Position numbers and translations under genes: made by a program. Below the pieces are notes generated by a model. It was not told where the DNA came from, did no database searches, and saw only the letters and a list, made by a program, of their open reading frames with translations. A DNA stretch of 64,000 nt from Antechinus flavipes (taxonomy: Eukaryota). Positions 13,553 through 25,444 of the stretch are shown piece after piece (position 1 is the stretch's first letter; the number at the start of each line of letters is the position of its first letter). Location of the stretch: assembly GCF_016432865.1 (NCBI RefSeq), contig NC_067401.1, forward strand, positions 117,428,001 to 117,492,000, in the 5' to 3' direction.

Positions 13553-14309
13553 CTATAAGAAAGAAAACTTTGGTCAAAGGAATATTTACTCTATCAAAAG
13601 ACATGATATCACAACTCTCAGTGCTTTCTGTTAGCACTACTGAAAAGTAAGGATCCTTCTAAGGACCTTCCTAACACTTCTTTTAAAATAATTTAACAGG
13701 AAAAAATAAATATGGGCAAATGCTACCTATCTATGATTTCTCATTTTATTCTTAATATTTCCACATTCTAAGATTTTTTTCCCCCAAGCATAATGCTAGG
13801 AAACTTCTTTCCAAGTCAAATCAAGGTTATTCCCATATCTGGATGAGAAAACACAAGTCATGAAACCAAAGAGTGGAAAGAGCTTTAGCTGGACATCCAT
13901 GGCATGACTCCTAACCACCAAAAAAAGGGGAAATGGGTTATATTCCACCCCTCCCCAAATAAAACTCTCACTTTTATTTATTATCACCTAATATCCTCTC
14001 ACTCTTACCCTTCCTTGCTACTGGCCTCCCATGACTGTGGAAGCTTACTACAACCTAACTCACACCCAAAGCAGCTAAATTTCCCTTATCCCTAGTGCAT
14101 CCACATCTTGTTCCCCATATCATCATCTGGCACTTCTCAGTTGATTTTGTCCTCTAGGGCATTGACCCATAAGTAAGAGCCCGATCTCCTGTTTTGTTTT
14201 AAATAGGATCAAGAATGAATCACACAGAAAGATGGTGCATGGATAGGTTGATCTGCACTGTAGGCATTATTACATTTCTTCCCTCAACTCCTATAATCCC
14301 ATAAACTTT

Positions 14310-14540
14310 CCTATTCAGGTTGAAGGTATCATTATCCTTTCAGTCATTCAGATTCACAACTTCAATGTCATCTTCAATTTCTCATTCTTCCTTACCCCAC
14401 ATATCCAATCATCGAGTAATTCCAATACATTTTATTTTTACAACATCTTTTATCCATCCTATTCTCTCCAAACCTTAGAGTTATAACTCTCATTCAGACC
14501 TTTATCACCTTTCATCTGGACTAGAGTCTCTTAATTTGTC
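14310..14540 (+). mobile_element. L2 fragment
   Basis: ...gtcatcttcaatttctcattcttccttaccccacatatccaatc... resembles the L2 3' ORF region. Confidence 0.6.
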
Positions 14541-15559
14541 TCTCTGCCTTGAATCCAGTGGATCTCTACTGATTTTAAGAGAAAAGATGGCTTAATTTAC
14601 CATCACAAATCCTGAAGAATGGAATTAGTTTTTATTTAGTCTGAAAGAACATGTAAAAATATCATATCCAAGCCAATAAATGGTGAATTCTAGTGCTCTT
14701 TCCTTTGTATAGCTCTGCCTTACAGACTTGACTTGAATCCAAGTCAAGACATTATTTATGATATCACAGGTCCTCTTCAAGAATGAAGTATGAACATAAT
14801 ATAACAGCAACATTTAGGATCAAATATTTTATCTTTCTTTAACTTCTATAATACATAGAATTACTTGTACGATAGCATATGTGCATATGTGTGTATTTAT
14901 AAGCACAGACACATACATGCATATTTGTGAATAAGTAAATATACATAGACTGGGGGTACATGCACTTCTGAGGTACCAATTTGTTCCAGAAAACCCAAAT
15001 TATGGATAGAATTAAATGCCTTGACAAGTTATACAAATTCAATCCATAGGGCCTTTATAATACTAAAATGGAATATGGTCTCTTTGGCTGAGGAAATACT
15101 AACAAGTACCTCAGGATTTTTAGACCCATTACTCTAAACTAGCTTAGAGTCATGGGTATAAATGAAAGTCATTTTTCTTAGGTGTATAGTTCCAAAAGTT
15201 TGCTACTTGTTGCCATGTGATAAGGAGCTATAACTAACATGACATTTTATTAAGTCACTTAGTGGAATCAGTCCTGGTCTGATAAATTTTGACTTATATA
15301 TATTTTCCTATAAGTATCCCTTCTGGTCCACCTCACAGACTTTAGACCTACTGGGAGTAATTCTAGATTTTTACATTACATTTCTGATATATGCTAAAAA
15401 GAATAAAAATGGGTCAAGCTAAAATAAGCTTGTCAACTATTAAAACCAAAACAAAACCCTTCATAAATCTATAAAAAAATACTTGTCCAAGCATAAGGTA
15501 TTTAAAAAAATTATTATTCTCTCCATATCAGAGATTATTTTTAAGGATGGATTAGCATA

Positions 15560-16409
15560 AGATGACAGGAAAAAATAATGATGAATGTTGGAGGGGATGC
15601 GGGAAAACGGGGACACTGATGCATTGTTGGTGGAGTTGTGAACGAATCCAGCCATTCTGGAGAGCAATCTGGAATTATGCCCAAAAAGTTATCAAACTGT
15701 GCATACCCTTTGATCCAGCAGTGCTACTACTGGGCTTATACCCCAAAGAGATACTAAAAAAGGGAAAGGGAACTGTATGTGCCAAAATGTTTGTAGCAGC
15801 CCTGTTTGTAGTGGCTAGAAACTGGAAAATGAATGGATGCCCATCAATTGGAGAATGGCTGGGTAAATTGTGATATATGAATGTTATGGAATATTATTGC
15901 TCTGTAAGGAATGACCAGCAGGATGAATACAGAGAGGCTTGGAGAGACCTACATGGACTGATGCTAAGTGAGATTAGCAGAACCAGGAGATCATTATACA
16001 CTTCGACAACGATATTGTATGAGGATGTATTCTGATGGAAGTGGATTTCTCTGACAAAGAGACTTAACTGAGTTTCATTGGATAAATGATGGACAGAAAC
16101 AGCTACACCCAAAGAAGGAATACTGGGAAATGAATGTGAACTATTTGATTTTTGATTTTCTTCCCGAGTTATTTTCCTCCCTGTGCAGCGGGAGAACTGT
16201 TCGGTTCTGCAAATATGTATTGTATCTAGGATATACTGCAACATATTTAACATATATAGGACTGCTTGCCATCTTGGGGGGGGGGGGGGAGGAGGGAGGG
16301 AGGGGAAAAAACGAAACATAAGTGATTACAAGGGATATGTAAATTATCCTGGCATGGATTCTGTCAATACAAAGTTATTATTAAATAAAATTAAATTAAA
16401 AAAAAAAAA
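15560..16409 (+). mobile_element. Young 5'-truncated L1 (ORF2 C-terminus, 3'UTR, poly(A)) with 17-bp TSD
   Basis: TSD aaggatggattagcata at 15543-15559 and 16410-16426. Peptide CWRGCGKTGTLMHCWWSCERIQPFWRAIW. Confidence 0.95.
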
Positions 16410-18259
16410 AAGGATGGATTAGCATATACTTATTACATATGGAAAACAATTAGTAAAATAACAAAGGTTTAAAAAAAGGTAAAAAAAAAGATTGAGAAAT
16501 AAATTATGTATACATAAGCTATGAAACTCCCTTTTCCAATGTAAATTAGCACCTGTTCAGCAATTTATATAGCCTTAGAGAATAGTTTGAAACCGTGATT
16601 AAGTAGATGGCACTATAACTGACGTATAAGAAAATTGTACAAGAAAATAAAATTAGACCAAAGAATTCAATGACTACATTCTGAGGTTTATGTGCGTATA
16701 TTCAAATCCCACACATAAAAAAATTTAACTACTAGTCTCTCTGCTCAATTATTATGCAAAAGTATAAGAATAGTGGAAGAATAATGATTTTTATCAACTA
16801 AGGTATATAAGTGGCAATATCACAAAAAAACAAGAAGATTATGGATTAAATAAAGATCATTTATGTGAAAGACTTCCGTACATTAAAAGTCAGCTAACTA
16901 GAACTATAAATCTTCCACTAATAAACACACTTAATGATCTTGCTACTTAATTTTACTTTTCCCAATCTATTCTACCATCATTATTTAATATTCAAAATAC
17001 AGTGAGATACAGATCATGGCACAATTTCATCTCTCAAATATAACATAGTATTTTATCTTTCTTATAGCAGCCTGAATATTCATTGTGCTGGGTATGACAA
17101 AATGTTTCAGACATGGAAGAATATGTCTCCCAGAGTCTCTCAGATTTGAAGTCCAAGTGGGTTCACTACAAAATAAACATAAGGCAAAAAAGCTGCCAAA
17201 ACAGCCACATTCAATCACGTAAAAGTACACATAGTACATAGAAAAGGGAATAGACATGAAGGAGAATAAAGAAGCAGAAGAGCAAAAACTAATGGAAGTG
17301 AACAGGTCTGTAAACCTTAGTGTAAGAAGCAGTCTTGAAAGGCTCTTAGTGAAAGTGCTAATTAGGCAAAAGTTCTCATTTTGATCACTAACTAGAGAAA
17401 GTCAATGACTGTCCTTAAAGGTTCAATGAACAAGCAGAGAACAGAAGGAAAATTAGTAGGTTTCCCTAGCATGAACCTAAGTCAACTAGTATTTTTCAGG
17501 AGAGGCTTAACAGCTGGCAAAGGGCATCAATGCAAATTACTTAATGCATATATCAGAAAGTTGCCTTAATTTAAGCTAAGGAAAAACATAAGCAATTAAG
17601 GGGGGGGGGGGGGGAGAATGAAGAAGTAGGTAGATTGTTTGAACACCAAACTTTTTTTTAATTATTTCTTTTATTATGCAAGTAACAGTTAAAGATGTTT
17701 ATAATACCAACTAAAATTGCTTACCAAGTACTGAGAAATGTTTGTTGCCTAAGCTACATCTGGATGTACATCAAGTTACATGCCTTTATGGAGTATGTAA
17801 CTATGATACAACAGAACATAACAAACATACCCAATTTGCCATAATGTAGGAGAAAAGTGAAAAAGATTCTTCCCCTTCAATGACAAATTGGTGTTAGGCT
17901 TTTACCCATATGGGCAAATGAATGATAATCTTTTAATAATCTTAAAACAATTACATGAATAAATGTCCTTGTTCTCTAATATAGGATGCTTTTAGATTAC
18001 ATTGATTTTAACAGTTTGTAGAAAAAAGGTAACTACATTGAAAAAGTGTTGAAAGCAGGACAAGTAAATAGCTGAGGTAGAGAAATATATGGTATGGAGG
18101 AAAGGTATTATTTAGAAACAACTTGATATTATTGTTGCAATTCAAGAGATTTAAAACCAGTCTCTTTCTTTAAAAAGTATCTTCGATAGGAAGATGGAAG
18201 GAATGGGAGAGGGGGTGGAAGGGAAACTAAGGAGCATCAAATATCAACAACCTTTTATT

Positions 18260-18530
18260 CTAAGAAATCATAAATCAAACCGTCTAGATTTGATTGAATC
18301 AAGAGGGGAAAGTAAAAATAGAAGAAATCCATCAATTACCTCCTGAAGAAACCCTAAAGGAAAGGACTCTGGAATATTATAGCCAAAATTCAGAGCTCCC
18401 ATGTAAAAGAAAAAATTACTTAAGTATCCAGAAAGGTAGTTCATGGACCAAGAAACAGTATCATACAAGACCTGGAAACTTCTAAAACATCTTTGCTCTC
18501 AAGGGAGACTCAAAGTTTTGATGGAAAAGA
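18260..18530 (+). mobile_element. Old L1/HAL1-like ORF1 fragment
   Basis: Peptide EIHQLPPEETLKERTLEYYSQ resembles L1 ORF1 (RIHRSPPERDPK...). Probably related degraded L1-like sequence continues at about 18990-19700. Confidence 0.5.
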
Positions 18531-18534
18531 CAAC

Positions 18535-18900
18535 ATGCAAATATATACTAAAACAAGCTACATACAAGAGAAATAGGAAACAATTAAAAAAGGGAAGGCC
18601 CTAGAATTAAGAGGGGTTCAGAAAGGCTTCCTTCAGAAATTTTTTTTTTTTTTGGGTTGGGAGCTAAAGGAAGCTAGAGAAGGTAATAGGATAAGATAAA
18701 TGAGAGAGAAAATTATGGGAATAGTAGACAGGCAGAGAAAACGTCTGAGGCCAAAAGATAGTTTTGTTCCAGAAACAGGCAGGGGACTAGTGTCAATGGA
18801 TCAAAGAATATGTGCTGAGAACTAACATGTAAGAATATTCAAACCATACAAGAAGGGTGAGCTTGTGAAGGGCTTTGAACATGAGAGGGCTTTAGGTAGA
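18535..18900 (-). mobile_element. L2 fragment
   Basis: ggccctagaattaagaggggttcagaaaggcttcc... matches the reverse-strand L2 3' region. Confidence 0.55.
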
Positions 18901-19751
18901 GCTTAAGCTGAAACTTAGAAGGAGCCAGACACAATTAGTAGGGATTATGAAATATGAATTTAAGAGTCTAGAGAAATCTAGAAAGGTAAATTTATTTGAG
19001 CAACTGGAAGAAGCTATATGATAATGTAGTGCTAATATTCTAATAGAGGATGAAATAAGTGTCCCTTCAGAATCTTAATATCTTTGTAAGTTACTAAACA
19101 TAGAGAGCCTGAGGGGAGGGACAGACTGGTTTTGTTAAGAGGGTTTGGAGAAGAGAAAGAGAAAGGCAAAAGGAATGTGGATGAAGAAGACAAGGGTGGG
19201 ATGTGCTATTTCTCATATTTGGAATGGGTGAGAAGAGTATATAAAAACATGGAGAAAGGGATGATGGATGATGTTGGATGAACCTTATTCTTATTTAAAA
19301 CAAATTAAGTAAAACACATAGTTTGGTGTAAAAATACAACTAACTCAACCTGAAGGGTGGGGAAAAGGGAGAACAACACTGAGGTAGAAACCTTTGGCAA
19401 TCCATTTCCTGCTCCTGAAGGATGAATTAAAAGGGGGGGATAGGATGGTGCTGATGAAAGAATTATAATTAAAAGGGTAAGGAAGGAGGGTGTTCATCAT
19501 TTGATGGCTAAACAAAATGTGGCATATGAATATAACTAAATATTATTTTATCATGAAAAATGACCAAAAAAGACAACTTCTGAAAATCGTGGGTAGTATG
19601 AACTGCAGCAGAATTAGAAGATCAATTTATATAAGAATGACATTGAATTCAGATCAACACAGTAAACAAACCACATTTTCAGAAGCCTCAGGATGAAATA
19701 TCTATCCTACCCACTTCCTCATAGATTCAAGGTACAGTAAGAACAGTAAAA

Positions 19752-20495
19752 TTTTTTTTCTTTTTTCTTTTGAAAAGAATTTCTTTACAATATTATCCCT
19801 TGCACTCACTTCTGTTCCGATTATTTTCCTCCCTCCCTCTCTCCAGATGGCAAGCAGTCCTATATATGTTAAATATGTCACAGTATATCCTAGATACAAT
19901 ATATGTGTGCAGAATCGAACAGTTCTCTTGTTGCACAGGAAGAATTGGATTCAGAAGGTAAAAATAACCCAGGAAGAAAAGCAATAATGCAAACAGTTTA
20001 CATTCATTTCTTGGTGTTCTTTCTTTGGATGTAGCTGCTTCTGTCCATCATTGATCAATTGAAACTGAGTTAGATCTTCTCTTTGTCGAAGAAATCCACT
20101 TCCATCAGAATACATCCTCATATAGTATTGTTGTCGAGGTATATAATGATCTCCTGGTTCTGCTCATTTCACTTAGCATCAGTTCATGTAAGTCTCTCCA
20201 AGCTTCTCTGTATTCATCCTGCTGGTCATTTCTTACAGAACAATAATATTCCATAATGTTCATATACCACAATTTACCCAACCATTCTCCAATTGATGGG
20301 CATCCATTCATTTTCCAGCTTCTAGCCACTACAAACAGGGCTGCCACAAACATTTTGGCACATACAGGTCTCTTTCCCTTCTTTAGTATCTCTTTGGGGT
20401 ATAAGCCCAATAGAAACACTGCTGGATCAAAGGGTATGCACAGTTTGATAACTTTTTGCGCATAATTCCAGATTGCTCTCCAGCAGGGTTGATTC
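19752..20495 (-). mobile_element. Young 5'-truncated L1 lacking the terminal ~40 nt of the 3'UTR
   Basis: ORF 20105..20419 is the L1 ORF2 C-terminus. Imperfect TSD agaacagtaaaattttt (from 19740) and agaaccgtaaattttt (from 20496). Confidence 0.92.
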
Positions 20496-20869
20496 AGAAC
20501 CGTAAATTTTTGACATGGCCTGTATTTACTTTGTCTGACTATAATTATTTCTAAGAAGTGTTTTTTTTTTTTTTCTTGCTCTCAATTTTTAATGGAGGGA
20601 GAGATTTTGGTGGAAATAGGGGAACCATCTAATCCGATTTACTTGAAGGAATGTTATAAAATTTAGATTATGGTGTTTCAGTTCTACTTCTTCACCTTCA
20701 TTCTCTCTTTAAATTCTAATTAAATCTTTATTTCCTTGTGTCCTTTGTGTCCTGATAATTTCTAATTTTTTTTTATTTATTAAGACAGACTTTTTCATTA
20801 TTTAAAAAATAACCCCTAAATATGGAGTGATTTTTTTCATTACTTTTTGGGGGGTAACTGCTTACTTAC

Positions 20870-21345
20870 TTTTTTACTGAAATTTGAGGTGTTTGCAAGG
20901 CAAACATTTTATTTATGTCTATTTTGCAGGAATACCTGTGAGTACTTGTCCCTAGAACAAATTTTCTTCTAACAAGCTCTATATTCTGTATGAAACCCTT
21001 TCCACATCTGTTATAGTGATAAGATTTCTCTCTAGAATGAATTGTCTGATGGACAAAAGGATGATTTTTGGCTGGAGAATTTAGCACATTGATTGCATTC
21101 ATAAGATTTCTCTTCAGCATGTACTCTATGATGTACAATAAGGGATGGGTATTCATTAACAACTTTATGGTAACTGATGGCATTCATGAAGTTTCTTTCC
21201 AATATGAATTTTCTTATGGGCATGCTGTAAGGGATTAATTCTGAATGAAGGCCTTCTCATAATCATCTGTATAAGGTTTCTCACCAAAATGAATTCTCTG
21301 ATGGTAAATAAGCTTTAAAGTTCTCACTAATGGCTTCCTCTAATT
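20870..21345 (-). pseudogene. Degenerate C2H2 (KRAB-ZNF-type) zinc-finger retrocopy fragment
   Basis: Four TGEKPY-like linkers: HFGEKPY 21271-21291, HIGKKLHEC 21180-21206, HAEEKSYEC 21095-21121, HSREKSYHY 21013-21039. Spacing is 85/85/82 nt (canonical 84), with frameshifts and stops. AATAAA at 20908-20913 is followed by a short A-run at 20870-20875. Confidence 0.85.
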
Positions 21346-21454
21346 CACTGAGTACACTTGGGTGAATTCCTGACTTATCTTTCAAGTCTTATTTCATACT
21401 TCTAGTCTTCACCAAAAGAGATATAACTAAGTACTAGGGAATATAAATATAGAT

Positions 21455-21645
21455 CAATGGTGTCAAATGCAATAGAAACAGTTATTTATGGGTGCATATT
21501 AACTTAAAAAACCCATAAATTAATATTATCTGTTTTGATGCATTTTTATTTTGTTAAGTATTTTCCAATTACATTTTAATTCGGTTTAGTCTACATCTGG
21601 GAGTTTTGTGGGCAATGTATAGCCCAGCTAAGTTTGATACTTTTG
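21455..21645 (+). mobile_element. hAT-type MITE (191 bp) with 8-bp TSD
   Basis: Imperfect TIRs caatggtgtcaaa...tttgatacttttg. TSD atatagat (21447-21454) and atctagat (21646-21653), the Charlie-type NTCTAGAN target. Confidence 0.8.
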
Positions 21646-22677
21646 ATCTAGATGACCTGTTCTACAGTGAATTCAATACTCCATCTTTATGTGTATTTTT
21701 TTAGAAAACAAAATCCTCTCCCTAAGCTCCCCATTGTTAAGAGCTTTCTAACTCATAAAATTACCTTTATTTACAGATGTATGACCCGAATCCCTAAGCA
21801 AAAACTCCCTGAGGTCTGGACATTTTTTTTTTTTTGGTCTTTAAATTCTAGAGCCTTACATACTTTTAAAATACATTTGTTCAATGAATTTTGCTTGCTA
21901 ATAGAAATTTTTCATAGTACAATGCAAGGCATACATTTAAAGAAAGAACCAGCAGAAAAGGATGACTATATTAACATAGAAAATCCTTTCTATCTACCTC
22001 ATCTACCTTTATTTCACAGCAGCTATTCTTAATGTCTCCTTATTCCCCTTCACTATAAGTTATATCCACTGTCCTGTCTTTGTTTTGTTGTATTTTCTAC
22101 CTTCTCTTCTTCCCCCCCCCCCCCCCCCCCGCACTCCCCCTGCCTTACATCTAACTCCATTTTAACAGTAGTTTTGGCACAAAGAGATTCTCACTTCTCT
22201 ATCCATAGCCCACATCTTCTGGGCCAAATGGTAGTTTCTTCTTCACTATTCTCCCAATACTAACATCTAGATAGTTTTCAATAAAGGATTTTGATGCCAT
22301 GGCATGAAGTGCTAAATAGAATATATATATAAGAAAATGAATGTCACTGAAAGAAAATAGGTTCTCAGTTTATGTCTGATAAACATGACTCCTTAGGCAA
22401 CATTTGTGGCCCCACAGTGGAACATTTCCAAATTACCAAAGATTCTAGGTAGATGAATTGGCTTAATCACTAAGATCTGCAGTGGCCTTAGTGGCTGGGG
22501 TTTAAACTAGGGGAAAAATAAGTTGAGGGATGTACTTTTAAAATAAGGGAAACTTTCCAGAAATTTACTCTCCTTTAGATTACCTTAAAATTTCTAAGAA
22601 CACCATTGTTCAACAGAAGATATAATACTAGCTTACCAAAAGGACTAGGGAAAATGCATTTCGGGTCTTATAGACTA

Positions 22678-22812
<135 letters not shown>

Positions 22813-25363
22813 CTAAGAAGGAAAAATGGGGGAAAAATGATAAAAGTAAAAAGCTCACTCAACTAAAATAACCAAAAAGGCATGCATTAGAACGTGTCTT
22901 TATAATTTAAAATCTGTTCCATCTAAATCCCTGTTTCTCAAAGTAATGATTTCTAAAATGTAGATGAAGGAAATTAATTGCTTTTGTTTTATTACTGTGC
23001 TATCTCTTAACTTGTTACAGTTCTATATACAGCTTACTGAGAACCTAGGACTTCTACTTTATCAGACTGGAAATGCATAAAACCATAGAATTCTTAGCAG
23101 TCTAGTCTCATATTTTTTGTACTTATTATTACTGCTATTTTTATATATATATACTCTTTCTGGTATTTAATATTAGTTTGAAGTTATAAATTAGGTCAAC
23201 AATAAGATAGGATTCTAAAAAACATTTCTATTAATACTATAGTACTAACATTTTTAGCTCTAAGCAAGAATATGACTTGACAGGTGTTTATAACTTTTTA
23301 GGTATTATAATATATCTGTTCAAAAAAGTTGAACATGCAATTCCACACACAGATTCAGAGATAAGTTTACTGATACTTTTTCAGTTGTAAAATAACTTGC
23401 TATTTAATTCTATAAACAGTGAGACTTTATGATTACAGGACATATTTTGAAATACTAGTAAGTATGATATTACAGCCCACAACTTCAGATAAACCTTGAA
23501 CAGACTGTTCTAAGAAAGACTAATCATATCATACCTTTCACAAATATTCCCAAATTTCAGAAGGCTAAAAGATGTTATTATTTCAAAATGAACAGAAATC
23601 AAAAACAGTTTTTGACCACTCTTACAAGAAGTTTACAGTCCCTTTGAGTATGGGATTAACCACTAGAAAGTTAATGAAATTAAGTAATTTTCTTCTAAAA
23701 TATAGGTAGAATAGAGTTAACTGGTTTAAAAAGATGTCTGAACAAGTATTTTCAAAAATAAAGTACAACTATATCACAATTCAAGTATTATTTTATTAAT
23801 ACTAAAATTTAAAAAGCATTTTTCTTCTTTTTCAATTTTCACTGCCTCACATCATTACATCAGACACAGAGTTACTAAATGTTTGACATAGAAAAGGACT
23901 TAAGAGTTTATCTAGTCTACTCCTTTTCAAATGACATGAAGAAATTGAGGTCTAAAGACTTTAGCCAAGGTCTCATGGCTAGTATATTGGTGGCAAAGAT
24001 CATGAGAATTAAGAATGAATTAGTCTTATTCCCACTATCCTGTATTTCCTTTAAATTCTGCACATTTATCCTACTGCTAGTTTCCTAAGAACTAAAATGA
24101 ACTTTAAAGATATAATCTGATTTTCAAAAATAAAAAAAAATCATAATTGGAATTCCACAATATTGACATGTAGTCAGTGAGAGTCTCTTTTTGTTTTGGA
24201 TGAGAAACTATGGTCAAATAATTAAACTGCTTGGCATGTATACTACCTATTCTCTTGGTCACTTTATAATTAAAAAAATAAAAGAAAATTAGATTTTAGA
24301 AAATCTTTAAAGCTATATTTGAACCTTGAGGGTTTTTATTTTTCTTGGCTTACATATTGAAGACTAAAGTAATTAGCAAAACTCACTTTTATTTGAAGCT
24401 CAATACATGAACTCTTCTCTAAATATCTGAGGAGGAAAATCCCTTATACTCAATGGGAAGAAAAAGCACATTAGGGTCTTGATATGTGCACCCAGCTCAG
24501 TAGTAAACACTAGTGACAAAAATTAAAAGTCCACCTCCTCAAGGAGTTTAAATGAAGGAAGAGAAGATCACATATAAATAAAGATTTATATAAAATAGAT
24601 ACAAGACAATTTGAAAGGAAAGTAGTATTTGAACTGATCATTGAAGGATGCTAGCATTTGAAGGATAAAGGTCAGGAAAAAGTACATTATAGATATGGAA
24701 GGCAAGAGCCTGTTGTGAGGAACAATAAACCAGCATTCTGTGCTATTACTAGATAGTGGCTCAAATGTATATATTTGTTTTTATAGTTGTAAAAATATGT
24801 TTTTAGTCAAATCTGTCAGTCAAAAAAATAGATATATTTAAACCATTAGTTGAATTTCACATGATTACTTTGTAATGGCTACAAGTCTTTCTCAACTACA
24901 GGCATTCCTAATAGATAGTAACCACTTAAAACAAGTTACATTGTGCCAATCTAGTTTTACCATGGAATTAACCAATCTTTAGAAAATGAGTATAAAATAG
25001 TCCATCCATACAACTCCATGAAAAACACAAAGCTGTCACTACTTGATTAAAGGAAAGTTCTTATAAATTCTTCATGGGGAAGATGGATTTTGACTCTTTT
25101 GCTCTCAATGAGGCAAACTATTTAAGTCTGAATTCATCATTGTGTCATTGATGGAATGCAAAAATGTCAATAAACAAGACAACATCTCACCCCACAGAAA
25201 ATAACTCATTTAATAAGCAAGAGGAATGATTAACTAAGGCAGAACTGGAGGCATAAAGAGAAGTTATTTATTTTCATTCTGTAATATATCTTTTAAAGTA
25301 AATAAAATAAAAAAACAAACCCCCATTTATTGAAATTTCTCATTTTTAATAAAATTCACTTAC

Positions 25364-25444
25364 TGAAGCACAGGCCAAAATTCCAAAAAATCCAACCTTC
25401 TGCACCATCTTCTGAACTGCTAACTTAGTCCGAGATGCAAAGTC
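25364..25444 (-). CDS. VMP1: VMP1 coding exon (exon 8 equivalent), 81 bp, phase 0-0
   Basis: Acceptor ttttttag|GAC and donor TCA|gtaagt. Translates [27 protein letters not shown]. Confidence 0.97.
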
